A stretch of DNA of 64,000 nt. Source: Acidobacteriota bacterium (GTDB lineage Bacteria > Acidobacteriota > Blastocatellia > RBC074). Under the pieces are notes generated by a model, which made no database searches, was not told the origin of the DNA, and saw only the letters and a list, made by a program, of their open reading frames with translations. Shown here in pieces: positions 9,872 to 18,950 of this stretch. The DNA is taken from assembly GCA_016196035.1 (NCBI GenBank), contig JACPYM010000015.1:64525-128524 (forward strand). Direction: 5' to 3'. Numbering within the stretch: position 1 is the stretch's first letter; every line of letters begins with the position of its first letter. A program made the position numbers and the translations under genes.

Positions 9872-9916
9872 GTTTTCTGTTCGCGTGTACGTCAATCAAA
9901 CATCAAGGAACACACA

Positions 9917-11245
9917 ATGCAGATTCGGAAATTCGCTTTTACCTTCATCGCATTTCTTTGTTTAGCCTTACCACTGCGTGCGCAAGACCGCGTTGGCACT
10001 GTGCAAGTCCGTGTTCGTACAGACCACGCTGATTGGTTGTACAAACCAGGCCAGCCGGTCAAATTCACTATGACAATCGTTCAGGACGGGCAGCCGGTCA
10101 CCAACGCCAAGCTGACCTATCGCATCGGCCCCGAACAGATGCCGCCGAAGATCGAACAAACGGTTGCGTTCACCGGCGCGGAAATCACGGTTGAAGGCGG
10201 CACGCTGAACGAAGGCGGCTTTCTGCGTTGTGTTGCTACGGCAGTAGTCAACGGCAAGACGTATCGCGGCCTGTCCACGGCGGGCTTTGCGCCCGAAACG
10301 ATCAAGCCGACGATGGAAGACCCGGCGGATTTTGACGGCTTCTGGAACGCCAACAAAGAGCGGCTCGCCAAAATTCCGCTTGATGCCAAGGTCACGCTGC
10401 TGCCTGATTACGGCACGGCCAAGACCGCCTGTTATCACGTCAATCTGCAAAACATCGGCATGGCTAGCGCGCCCTCGCGGCTTTACGGCGTGCTGTGCGA
10501 ACCGCGCGCGGCGGGCAAATATCCGGCGCTTTTGTATGTGCCGGGCGCGGGCGTGCGGCCCTATCGCGGCGCGCTCGAATTGGCGGAGCAAGGCATCATC
10601 ACTTTCCAGATCGGCATTCACGGCATTCCGGTGACGATGGAGCAAAGCGTCTATGACGCCTTGGGTGCGGGCGCGTTACAGGGCTATCAGACTTTCGGGA
10701 TGGAGAGCCGCGACCGCTATTACTACAAGCGCGTGTATCTGGGTTGCGTGCGCGCCAACGATTTTCTGGTGAACCTGCCGAAGTGGGATGGCGAACATCT
10801 GGCGGTGACCGGCGGCAGTCAGGGCGGCGCCTTGACAATCGTGACGGCGGCGCTCGACCCACGCGTGAAAGGTCTGGCCGCGATTTATCCGGCACTGTCC
10901 GATACGACCGGCTATCTGAAAAATCGCGCGGGCGGCTGGCCGCACATGTTTCGCGCCGATGCCAAAGGCGAAAGCCCGCATCGCACGCCAGAGAAGATCG
11001 CCACGCTGGGCTATTACGATGTCGTCAACTTTGCGCGCCGGGTGAAAGTGCCGGGCTTGTATTCGTGGGGCTTTAACGACGAGACCTGTCCGCCGACTTC
11101 GATGTATTCGGCCTACAACGTGGTGAGCGCGCCGAAGCGGTTGATGCTGGCGCTGGAAACCGGGCACAACAACGTGCCGGAACAGATGGAGCGCATCAAT
11201 CGGTGGTTGGAGAGCTTTTTGAAGACGGGCAAGGCCGAGCAGTAG
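9917..11245 (+). CDS. acetyl xylan esterase / cephalosporin-C deacetylase family (CE7) serine hydrolase, secreted
   Basis: Signal peptide MQIRKFAFTFIAFLCLALPLRAQ, nucleophile elbow GGSQGGAL, and downstream WGFNDETCPP and ETGHN. The N-terminal extension listed from 9758 merely reads through the palindrome. Confidence 0.75.
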   Translation: MQIRKFAFTFIAFLCLALPLRAQDRVGTVQVRVRTDHADWLYKPGQPVKFTMTIVQDGQPVTNAKLTYRIGPEQMPPKIEQTVAFTGAEITVEGGTLNEGGFLRCVATAVVNGKTYRGLSTAGFAPETIKPTMEDPADFDGFWNANKERLAKIPLDAKVTLLPDYGTAKTACYHVNLQNIGMASAPSRLYGVLCEPRAAGKYPALLYVPGAGVRPYRGALELAEQGIITFQIGIHGIPVTMEQSVYDALGAGALQGYQTFGMESRDRYYYKRVYLGCVRANDFLVNLPKWDGEHLAVTGGSQGGALTIVTAALDPRVKGLAAIYPALSDTTGYLKNRAGGWPHMFRADAKGESPHRTPEKIATLGYYDVVNFARRVKVPGLYSWGFNDETCPPTSMYSAYNVVSAPKRLMLALETGHNNVPEQMERINRWLESFLKTGKAEQ

Positions 11246-11275
11246 TTTGCTAGGCCCAAGATGAACGTCTTGGGG

Positions 11276-11326
11276 AAAGCAGGCGCATTCGCGGACATAC
11301 AAGCGAATACGCCTGCTTTTGGTTTT
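11276..11326. terminator. bidirectional intrinsic terminator between the esterase and PBP4 genes
   Basis: 17-bp stem with one mismatch: AAAGCAGGCGCATTCGC (11276-11292) pairs with GCGAATACGCCTGCTTT (11303-11319). It is followed by TTTTGGTTTT. Confidence 0.65.
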
Positions 11327-12929
11327 ATAACTCGCTTTCAAATCCCACCAGCAAATTGCAAATCTGATCCATCACGCCCGTCACCTCGCGCCCGCCGTTG
11401 GTGTAGTTGTTGCCGTAAAAACTGAAGATCAACACTTGCCCGCGCGCCGTCGTCAGATAGCCCGACAGCGCGTTCACATACGTCAACGAGCCGGTCTTTG
11501 CGCGCACGTTGCCCTCAGCAGGCGTGGTTTTCATACGTCGTTCCAGCGTGCCGTCGAAGCCGGCCACCGGCAGCGATTCGCGGAAGACGGTGAAGTGCGG
11601 ATGCGTCATCATGAATTCCAACAGCCGGGCAGTCGCGCGCGGCGTCACCAGATCGGAACGCGCCAGCCCTGAGCCATCGCGCAAACTCAAACCTGTCAAT
11701 TCAACACCAGCTTTTTGCAGGAATTGCTTGCGTGCTTCGACGGCACGGTCAAGGGTCGGTTTCGGTTTGCCGTATTGATCAAGCTCATACACGCCGTGTG
11801 GCCCGCCCAGTTGGCGCAGCAGTAATTCGGTGTGCAGGTTTTGACTCGGCTTGTTGATGACTTTGAGCAGTGTAGAGAGCGGCTGCGATTGCACGCTCGC
11901 CAATTCGGTCAGCTTCGTTTCGTCGAAAGGATTCGTCACGCGCGCGGCGGCGTCCCAATGCAACACGCGCCCGGTCAGGCGAATGCCGCGCCGTTGCAAT
12001 GCCTCTTTCAACAAGGTCGCGGCAAAGCTGGCCGGTTCGTGCACGGCGATTTCGACCTCGAAGTCTTTGGCCCCGCGCGGAATCGAACCGAAGAATTCAA
12101 CCACGTTGGTGTCGAGTTGGCGATAGACGCCGATGTGCGTCGTGCCATTCGCGCTCGTCGTCGCGCGATTGATGATGACAGGGAATTTGGTCGGCGGCTT
12201 CGTGGCAATCGTGGGCGCATCTCCGACGCGGCGGCCCGGCGTGACGACATAGGTGATGACGTTGTCATTGACGGTCAACGCGCTGACCTCTGCGCCGTAG
12301 TAAAACTGCAAATCATCCCACTCCCAGCCCACGCCCAGCTTGTCGCCCGCGAAGTAGCTGTCATCGCCAACGATGTTGCCCGTGATGACTTTGATGCCGC
12401 GCGCCTTGATCTGATCGGCCAACTGTTCGATGGCCGCGATCTTTTCGGCGGCATAAAAGTCGCCGTACTTCTGCGGATTCTCGGCATCAAAGCGCGCCGA
12501 CAGATTGGGATCACCGCGCCCATACAAAATTAAATCGCCGTTGAGCACGCCCAGCTTGCTGACCGGTTTCGCCGCATAGACCGACGTTTTGATTTTGAAC
12601 TTCGGCCCAAAGGCATCCAGCGCCGCCGTCGTGGTGTAGAGCTTCATATTCGACGCGGGCGTGAATGATTTCTCGGCATCGCGTTCAAACAGCACTTTGC
12701 CGCCAGCGGTTTGAGTATCGATCGTTTGAATGCGCGCGCCCCAGCGCATCGCCGCGAATTTTGGTTGATCGAGCAGCGCCGCGATCTGCGTTTGCAATTC
12801 GGCCAGTGTGGCGGGTTTGGGCGCGGCGGGCGCGGTTGCGTTTACGGCTTGTTGCGCCCAGACCTGGGCGGTCGTGAGCGTCAAGCAAAGCAGCCAGAGA
12901 ATGCAGCGCGGATGTTGCTGTTTGGTCAT
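11325..12929 (-). CDS. dacB: D-alanyl-D-alanine carboxypeptidase/endopeptidase, PBP4 family (peptidase S13)
   Basis: The SxxK (ASNMK), DGSGL and KTGS motifs occur in the expected order. A signal peptide follows Met26 (ATG on the minus strand at 12929). Confidence 0.8.
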   Translation of the reverse strand: MTKQQHPRCILWLLCLTLTTAQVWAQQAVNATAPAAPKPATLAELQTQIAALLDQPKFAAMRWGARIQTIDTQTAGGKVLFERDAEKSFTPASNMKLYTTTAALDAFGPKFKIKTSVYAAKPVSKLGVLNGDLILYGRGDPNLSARFDAENPQKYGDFYAAEKIAAIEQLADQIKARGIKVITGNIVGDDSYFAGDKLGVGWEWDDLQFYYGAEVSALTVNDNVITYVVTPGRRVGDAPTIATKPPTKFPVIINRATTSANGTTHIGVYRQLDTNVVEFFGSIPRGAKDFEVEIAVHEPASFAATLLKEALQRRGIRLTGRVLHWDAAARVTNPFDETKLTELASVQSQPLSTLLKVINKPSQNLHTELLLRQLGGPHGVYELDQYGKPKPTLDRAVEARKQFLQKAGVELTGLSLRDGSGLARSDLVTPRATARLLEFMMTHPHFTVFRESLPVAGFDGTLERRMKTTPAEGNVRAKTGSLTYVNALSGYLTTARGQVLIFSFYGNNYTNGGREVTGVMDQICNLLVGFESEL

Positions 12930-13107
12930 ATATTGTCGGAGTTGTTGGATGGTTGCGGCAGCGTCCGTGTGGCTTCCCACACTGGCGGACGTGGCGCAAA
13001 GCATTGTGTGTCAGCCGCCCCTAGCCCTATGCTGGCAATGGTGTGTGGCGAGCGAAACGCCACGCAGCATAACGTGAGTTCAAGGAAGTGCCAATCAGGA
13101 GGCTGCA

Positions 13108-13710
13108 ATGTTGCACATCAATCACCGTCGTTTTACCTGCCAGGCGCACGTCGTTTTCATTTTGCTGACGGTGCTCATCCCCTTTGACGTGTTGGCGCAG
13201 TCGCCGGCAGAGCAAATGTTGGCGTCACGCGCACGAAGCGCCTTGCGTGCTTTCAAATACCGCGATGCCTCGACGCTGGCGGCCTTGACGCATCCCACCA
13301 AAGGCGTGCGCTTTTCTCCCTACGGCCACGTACTGGTCGAACGGGAGCGCAGGTTGACTAGGCAGCAAGTAGCGCGGCTCTTCACTGACCGTCGCTGCAA
13401 TGCGTGGGGCGAAGACGATGTAACGGGCGAGACCATCAAACTCAACGGGCTGCAATACGTCGCGCGCCGTGTGTACGACCGCGATTTTCTGCGCGCCCCG
13501 CAGGTGTTTTACAACCAGGTCGTTTTCGGCGGCACGACGATGCCCAACAACGTGGCGGAGGTTTATCCGCGCGCTGTGTTTATGACTTTTCATTTTTCCA
13601 ACACAGAGGAAACGGGCGCGCAGGATTGGACGAGTCTTTGTCTGGGGTTCGAGGAGCATGATGGAAAATGGTATCTGGTTGCCGTCATCCACAACGTTTG
13701 GACGATCTGA
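13108..13710 (+). CDS. hypothetical secreted protein
   Basis: N-terminal signal-like segment VVFILLTVLIPFDVLAQS. No recognised motif. Confidence 0.4.
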   Translation: MLHINHRRFTCQAHVVFILLTVLIPFDVLAQSPAEQMLASRARSALRAFKYRDASTLAALTHPTKGVRFSPYGHVLVERERRLTRQQVARLFTDRRCNAWGEDDVTGETIKLNGLQYVARRVYDRDFLRAPQVFYNQVVFGGTTMPNNVAEVYPRAVFMTFHFSNTEETGAQDWTSLCLGFEEHDGKWYLVAVIHNVWTI

Positions 13711-13735
13711 CGGCGCGTCGCCTACAATCCAACCC

Positions 13736-14488
13736 ATGTCAATTTTGATTGCCGAAGACAACGTCGCCCAACGCGCCTATCTGCGCGAACTGCTCGAACG
13801 CGAGTTCGCCGCTTACGCCCCGATTCTGGAAGCGGGCGACGGCGAGGCCGTCGTTAAGTTGGCGCTCGCCGAGCGTCCGCAATTGTGTGTGCTCGACATC
13901 CAGATGCCGGGCTTGTCGGGCGTCAAAGCGGCGCGCGCCATCTGGAAAGGCTTCCCTACGGCGCGCATCATTTTCTGGACGCAGTTCCCGCACGAGATTT
14001 ACATCAATGAAATCCGCAAGCTCGTCCGGCAAGTCCAGCCGCCGCCCGCCTATGGTTTCATTGACAAGAACAATCCCGAAGGCCGCTTCCTGCGCTTCGT
14101 CGCCGCCGTGCTCGAAGACGGCGCGGATATGATTGATCCGAATTTCAAGGACGCCTTCACGCAACCGCTGCTGACCGATTTCGAGGCCGAGGCCTTGTAT
14201 TACCTCGCGCTGGGGTTGTCGAATTGGGCCATCGCGCGCAAGTGCCATCTCAGTTTGCGCGGCGTCGAGAGCCGTTTGACCACGCTCTATGAAAAGCTGT
14301 TGCCGGCGGATGCGGCGGGGACGGCGGATGAGGGCTACGACAAACTGGCGTTCAACATTCGCACGCGGGCTTATTTCGAGGCGTTGCGGCGCGGGCTGTT
14401 GAATCAGGATGAATTGGCGAAGGCGAGCGAGCAGTTGGAACAGTGGCTGGCGCGGGATCGGAAGAAGTTTGCGACAGAACAAAAATAG
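13736..14488 (+). CDS. response regulator, REC domain plus LuxR/NarL-type HTH
   Basis: MSILIAEDN...VLDIQMPG...FWTQ...IDK gives the receiver signature. The C-terminal LTDFEAEALYYLALGLSNWAIARKCHLSLRGVESRLTTLYEKL is a LuxR-type HTH. Confidence 0.8.
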   Translation: MSILIAEDNVAQRAYLRELLEREFAAYAPILEAGDGEAVVKLALAERPQLCVLDIQMPGLSGVKAARAIWKGFPTARIIFWTQFPHEIYINEIRKLVRQVQPPPAYGFIDKNNPEGRFLRFVAAVLEDGADMIDPNFKDAFTQPLLTDFEAEALYYLALGLSNWAIARKCHLSLRGVESRLTTLYEKLLPADAAGTADEGYDKLAFNIRTRAYFEALRRGLLNQDELAKASEQLEQWLARDRKKFATEQK

Positions 14489-14526
14489 CGCGAATTGCTA
14501 TATCATCGCCCTCGGAGGAAGAGATC

Positions 14527-14760
14527 ATGGATTACATCATCAAAGTGCGAATGCCCGATGAATTGTTGAATCAAGCCGAGCGCGCCGCCACCAGTTTGGG
14601 TTTGTCCGCTGATGATTACCTGCGGATCGCGCTGGCAGAAAAAGTCAGCCGCTGGGCAGCAGACGAAGAAGCGCAACAATTGATGGATGCGCGGATGCGC
14701 TACCTGTGGGATAAACGGGGCGAAGTCTATCGTCGCCTCGCGCAATGGCCGGCGGCATAA
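14527..14760 (+). CDS. small RHH-like putative antitoxin (77 aa)
   Basis: GGAGGA RBS. MDYIIKVRMPDELLNQAERAATSLGLSADDYLRIAL has a strand-helix-helix pattern. The C-terminal tail resembles that of the next antitoxin. Confidence 0.45.
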   Translation: MDYIIKVRMPDELLNQAERAATSLGLSADDYLRIALAEKVSRWAADEEAQQLMDARMRYLWDKRGEVYRRLAQWPAA

Positions 14761-14829
14761 TCCTATTGCCAATCAGCCTGACCACGTTAGAATGCCTAGT
14801 GAGCTTATCCAAACCAATTGGAGGACGTT

Positions 14830-15072
14830 ATGACAGGTACTCAGATTGTCACCATTAGCGAGACGGCGGCGTTCACGCTGACGCCGGAATTGCTGCGGCA
14901 GATTGGCGTCGGTGTCGGCGATCAAATCGAGATTGCGTTGAACGACCGCTCACTCACCGTGCGTCCAGTGGCCGAGGCCGTCGAAAATGATGTGCGCCTT
15001 GAAGCCATGATGGATTCGATCATGGATCGTCATGACAACCTATTTCGCCGTCTTGCCGAAGGCCCGCAATAA
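14830..15072 (+). CDS. AbrB/MazE/SpoVT-family antitoxin (Phd-like partner of Doc)
   Basis: TLTPELLRQIGVGVGDQIEIALNDRSLTV is a swapped-hairpin AbrB-type motif. Its stop overlaps the doc start (TAATG). Confidence 0.7.
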   Translation: MTGTQIVTISETAAFTLTPELLRQIGVGVGDQIEIALNDRSLTVRPVAEAVENDVRLEAMMDSIMDRHDNLFRRLAEGPQ

Positions 15073-15458
15073 TGGAAGTCAGCTTCCCCGAGCTAAAAAA
15101 CATCCTCACTTTCCACCACAAACAGATTGAACGTTATGGCGGTTCGCATGGTTTGCGCGATCAGGGCGCATTGGAATCGGCTTTGGCCGCAGCGCAAAAC
15201 CGCTATGCTTATGAAGGGGCCGACTTGGCGGTTTGTGCGGCGACTTACACCTATCACTTGTCACAAGCCCACGCTTTCATTGACGGCAACAAACGCATTG
15301 CCTGGGGCGCGGCGCTGCTCTTTCTCGAAATGAACGGCGTGATTCTGACTGTGCCAGAGGCCGAAGGTGAAGCGCTTTGCCTGGGCATCGCGGACAGTCG
15401 CATCAGCCGCGCTGAAGCGGAACAATACTTCGCACAATGGATCACGTCGCTTGCCTAA
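15072..15458 (+). CDS. doc: death-on-curing (Doc) toxin, Fic/Doc family
   Basis: HAFIDGNKRIAWGAALLFLEMNG carries the Doc variant of the Fic motif (HxFxDGNKR). The size is 128 aa. Confidence 0.85.
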   Translation: MEVSFPELKNILTFHHKQIERYGGSHGLRDQGALESALAAAQNRYAYEGADLAVCAATYTYHLSQAHAFIDGNKRIAWGAALLFLEMNGVILTVPEAEGEALCLGIADSRISRAEAEQYFAQWITSLA

Positions 15459-15465
15459 AAGTGTT

Positions 15466-18400
15466 GTGCAGCATTCGATTTCACTGAAAATCTGCCTCTT
15501 GCTGGTTGCCACCTTCGTCGCGACGGCAACTCAATTACCAAACAGTTCAGTTGTTGCAGAAGAACCTAACCTATCTTCATCACTACCTCCGCAAACTGAT
15601 GACGCCACTCTCAATCTGCATCGCTGGGGCGCCGTCACGCTCTTCCACGGCCTGCCCTCCGACCGCGTGCGTGCCATCATCGAAGACCAAAGCGGAGCCA
15701 TTTGGATCGGCACTGACAATGGCTTGGTGCGCTACGACGGGCGCAATACGCAGGCCTTTGCGCAGGAAAGCGTATTGCCTTCGCGGCGGATTTTGGCGTT
15801 GGCGATAGATGCGCGCGGCGCGTTGTGGATTGGCACCGAAAGCGGAGCGGCGCGTTGGCACAATGAACAGTTGACCGTGTTGGAAGAGACACGTGGGCGC
15901 GCCATCAATGGCTTGGCGGCGGCGAATGACGCTGTTGTGGCTGTGACCAGCCAGGGCGAATTGCTGCGCTTTGCGTTGAATGCCGCGGATCAGCCGAGCA
16001 GCCAGGTGGCCGAACCGCGCCAGTTCGTCGCGGGCAAATTGGACGCCAGCAATCACCGGTTGCTGAGCCTGGGCGAGCAAGCCGATAGCGAAGGCGAGCG
16101 ACATTTGGCTCCGTTGAATCTGACCTGCGTGGCGGCCGCGTCCAATAGCGATTATTTCATCGGTTCTGGCGGTCGTGGGGCGATGATTCATCACAATCTG
16201 ACCGGCCAACCCAACGAACAACTGCGGGAGTTGGTCTTGCAACCGCCGCGTCCCTATCACCTCAACGCGGTCTTTGCCGCGGGTAATAAAGTTTGGCTGG
16301 GCGAACAAAGTGGCAAAACGCCGGGGCTGTGGCTCTATGAAAACGGTAGTGTGACGCGGCAACCCTTGGCAACGGGCACCGTGACGGCTCTTCACGGTGG
16401 CCTTGCTGGCAAAGATGCCGATGTTTGGGTGGGCACCTTTGCGCAGGGCGCGTTCCTGTTGCGCAATGGGCAGGTAGTTGAGCATCTGACCTTTGAAAAC
16501 ACGGGCGGCGGTTTGCGCGCGAATCGCATCACGGCGCTATACCGCGACCGCGAAGGCATCATCTGGTTCGGCACAGAACGTGGCGTGTGCCGCTACGACC
16601 GCGAGAGCTTTCGGGCGGCGGTGTTAAGCGAGCGGGCGCAGAGCAATTTCGTGCGCGTGATGTTGCAAGCGGCGGATGGCGAAACCTGGTGCGGCACTAA
16701 TCGTGGCCTGTTCCGGTTAAACGCGGGCGCCGATTTAGGACCGTGGAGCGAAGTCCCGGAAGTGCAGGGGCGCGCGGTTTATGCGTTGCAAGAAAACGCG
16801 GGCGTGATTTGGGCGGGCACCAGCAGCGGATTGTTTCAAAAAGCCGCTGGCCGCACGGTCTTCGAGCGCGTGCCGCTGCAACCAGTGAGTGAAGCTGCCA
16901 CCATTACTACTGCGCCCGCAGCGCTTGAAGATCAAACAAATGCTGCTGCTACGACTGACGCTCAGCCACCAACGCGCGAGAGTGTGCGGGCGTTGGCTTA
17001 TTGGCGTGGGACGCTTTATGTCGCGGTTTATGAACGCGGGCTGGCGCGTCTGATGCCAGACAAAACTGTGTCCTGGCTTAAGCGCGAACCGTCGCTAAGC
17101 GCCGCCCTTTGCCTGACGCCAGAGGGCGAACAGGCGCTGTGGATTGGCACCGAGATGGATGCACTGTGGCGCTACGATGGAGCGGAGTTCGCAGCGATTG
17201 ATCTCAACGCCATACGCAGATTGAATGACCCATACGGCGAAGCCAACATCGCCACCGACATTGCCATTCGTGCGGTTGCGATTGGCGCAAAGCAAGTCTG
17301 GCTCGGCACCAGCAAAGGGCTTTATGTGCGTGAGGGGAGCGACATTCGCCGCATTTTGCCCAGGGATAAAGCCCAAGTCTTCGCTTTGCAACTCACACGC
17401 GATGCCGAGGGCCGCGAAATCGTTTGGTGCGGGACGCGCAATAGCGGCCTGATCAAATATTTGCCCGCCGAAGATGTTTCGATTCGCTTTGATACTGAAC
17501 AGGGCTTGGCTTCTTCGCAGGTTTTTGCCATCGCCGCGCAGCCGAATGCCGAGCATTTGTGGATTGGTACGAATCGCGGCGTCGTGCGGCATCAACCGAG
17601 CAGCGCGCCGCCGCATCTGGAAGTGCGCCGTCTGGTCGCCAATGAAATTTATTTACCAGATGCGTTGCTGGCTGAATTGGCACTGCCCGCGACGCAGCGC
17701 AACTTCCTGCTCGAAGTCGCAGCCTTGGGGGGAAGAACTTTTCCAGGGCAATTCCAATACGAATTCACCATCGAGCGTCGCGATGGCAGCGAAGCGCGCA
17801 CCTTCAAAACGCCGGACGCGCAATTCGCCGTCGAGAATTTGCGCACGGGGCCATACACCATCATGGCGCGCGCCATCAGCCGCGATCTGGTTTATTCCGC
17901 GCCGCTCAGCCTGAAACTGCGCGTGCAAAATGCGCCCTTCCCCTGGCCGACGGTGTTGCTGGCAATTGGTTTGGTCGCGACCCTGGCGGGGGCGCTGTTG
18001 ATCTTGCGCCAACGGCAGCGCTTGACGCTCAGCAATACGTCGCTGGAAAAGACGAACGCCGAATTGCAGGCCATGCGCATCCGGCTGGCGAACGAAACCG
18101 AAGCCGAGCGCGCCCGCATCGCGCGCGATTTGCACGACCAGACGCTGGGCGATTTGCGTCATTTGCTGGTGCTGACCGATCAATTGCCGAAAGCCGAAAG
18201 CGGCGGCTTGGAAGGGCAAGCCGCCGCGCCCACGCCCGCTGTGTTGCGACGCGAGATTGAGAGCATCTCGAACGAGATTCGCCACATTTGCGAAGACCTC
18301 AGCCCGTCGGTGCTGGCGAACATCGGCTTTCTGCCCGCGTTGGAATGGGCGCTGAGCGATGCCGTGGCGCATTTGCCCGCGCCGGAAAAATTCGCCTATG

Positions 18401-18738
18401 AATTCGGTTGCGAACCGGAATTGGAAGAACGCCTGCACCTCTCGGCGACCGAAGAGATTCAGCTTTACCGCATCGTGCAGGAAGCCCTTAACAACATCTG
18501 TCGCCATGCCCGGGCGCGCCACGTGCGCTTGAACGTGCGCGCGGAGCAGGGCACTGATTTGTTGATCGAAGTGTGCGATGACGGCGTGGGCTTCGCTGGT
18601 GAAGCGGGCGAGCACGTGACCGGGCACGGGATCGCCAATATCCGCTCGCGCGCCAACCTGATCGGCGCGCAGGTCGTCTGGCAGGCCGCCGCCCCGGGCT
18701 GTCGGTTTACGGTGCAGCAGCGCGTTGTGGTGCGTTGA
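15466..18738 (+). CDS. sensor histidine kinase with a periplasmic two-component-regulator-propeller array, HisKA_3 and HATPase_c
   Basis: Repeated WIGT(D/E)xGLxRYD propeller motifs; a TM segment PWPTVLLAIGLVATLAGALLIL; H-box ERARIARDLHDQTLG; ATPase DDGVGF...GHGIANIRSRA. The start is ambiguous. GTG 15466 lies 8 nt after the doc stop, whereas ATG 15367 would overlap doc by 92 nt. Confidence 0.8.
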   Translation: MQHSISLKICLLLVATFVATATQLPNSSVVAEEPNLSSSLPPQTDDATLNLHRWGAVTLFHGLPSDRVRAIIEDQSGAIWIGTDNGLVRYDGRNTQAFAQESVLPSRRILALAIDARGALWIGTESGAARWHNEQLTVLEETRGRAINGLAAANDAVVAVTSQGELLRFALNAADQPSSQVAEPRQFVAGKLDASNHRLLSLGEQADSEGERHLAPLNLTCVAAASNSDYFIGSGGRGAMIHHNLTGQPNEQLRELVLQPPRPYHLNAVFAAGNKVWLGEQSGKTPGLWLYENGSVTRQPLATGTVTALHGGLAGKDADVWVGTFAQGAFLLRNGQVVEHLTFENTGGGLRANRITALYRDREGIIWFGTERGVCRYDRESFRAAVLSERAQSNFVRVMLQAADGETWCGTNRGLFRLNAGADLGPWSEVPEVQGRAVYALQENAGVIWAGTSSGLFQKAAGRTVFERVPLQPVSEAATITTAPAALEDQTNAAATTDAQPPTRESVRALAYWRGTLYVAVYERGLARLMPDKTVSWLKREPSLSAALCLTPEGEQALWIGTEMDALWRYDGAEFAAIDLNAIRRLNDPYGEANIATDIAIRAVAIGAKQVWLGTSKGLYVREGSDIRRILPRDKAQVFALQLTRDAEGREIVWCGTRNSGLIKYLPAEDVSIRFDTEQGLASSQVFAIAAQPNAEHLWIGTNRGVVRHQPSSAPPHLEVRRLVANEIYLPDALLAELALPATQRNFLLEVAALGGRTFPGQFQYEFTIERRDGSEARTFKTPDAQFAVENLRTGPYTIMARAISRDLVYSAPLSLKLRVQNAPFPWPTVLLAIGLVATLAGALLILRQRQRLTLSNTSLEKTNAELQAMRIRLANETEAERARIARDLHDQTLGDLRHLLVLTDQLPKAESGGLEGQAAAPTPAVLRREIESISNEIRHICEDLSPSVLANIGFLPALEWALSDAVAHLPAPEKFAYEFGCEPELEERLHLSATEEIQLYRIVQEALNNICRHARARHVRLNVRAEQGTDLLIEVCDDGVGFAGEAGEHVTGHGIANIRSRANLIGAQVVWQAAAPGCRFTVQQRVVVR

Positions 18739-18760
18739 TGTTCTTTCGACGCGCAAGCAT

Positions 18761-18864
18761 CTTTGGAGTGCGTGCGGCACAGGCCGCCGCTTTGGTACAC
18801 CCTTCATCCTTCAACTCACAGAGGGCATACCAAAGCGGCGGCCTGTGCCGCACGCACTCCAAAG
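18761..18864. repeat. long perfect palindrome (37-bp stem, 30-nt loop), 23 nt after the kinase stop
   Basis: 18761-18797 (CTTTGGAGTGCGTGCGGCACAGGCCGCCGCTTTGGTA) is the exact reverse complement of 18828-18864. Confidence 0.9.
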
Positions 18865-18950
18865 ACTGCGCCAATCCATTCGCGCAGGCAGCAGCGTAAT
18901 CAATGCAATTACACAACCGGCATTAACGCTTCAAACCAAAGGAGGATCAG

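Noticed and set aside
9758-9916. N-terminal extension of the esterase ORF, and ORF 9765-9965
   Set aside because: Both are translations of the 32-bp-stem palindrome. The true esterase start is at the signal peptide (ATG 9917).
15367-15465. Upstream ATG start for the sensor kinase, overlapping doc by 92 nt
   Set aside because: The extension encodes no recognisable feature, and the hydrophobic anchor starts after GTG 15466. This remains an open alternative rather than being firmly excluded.
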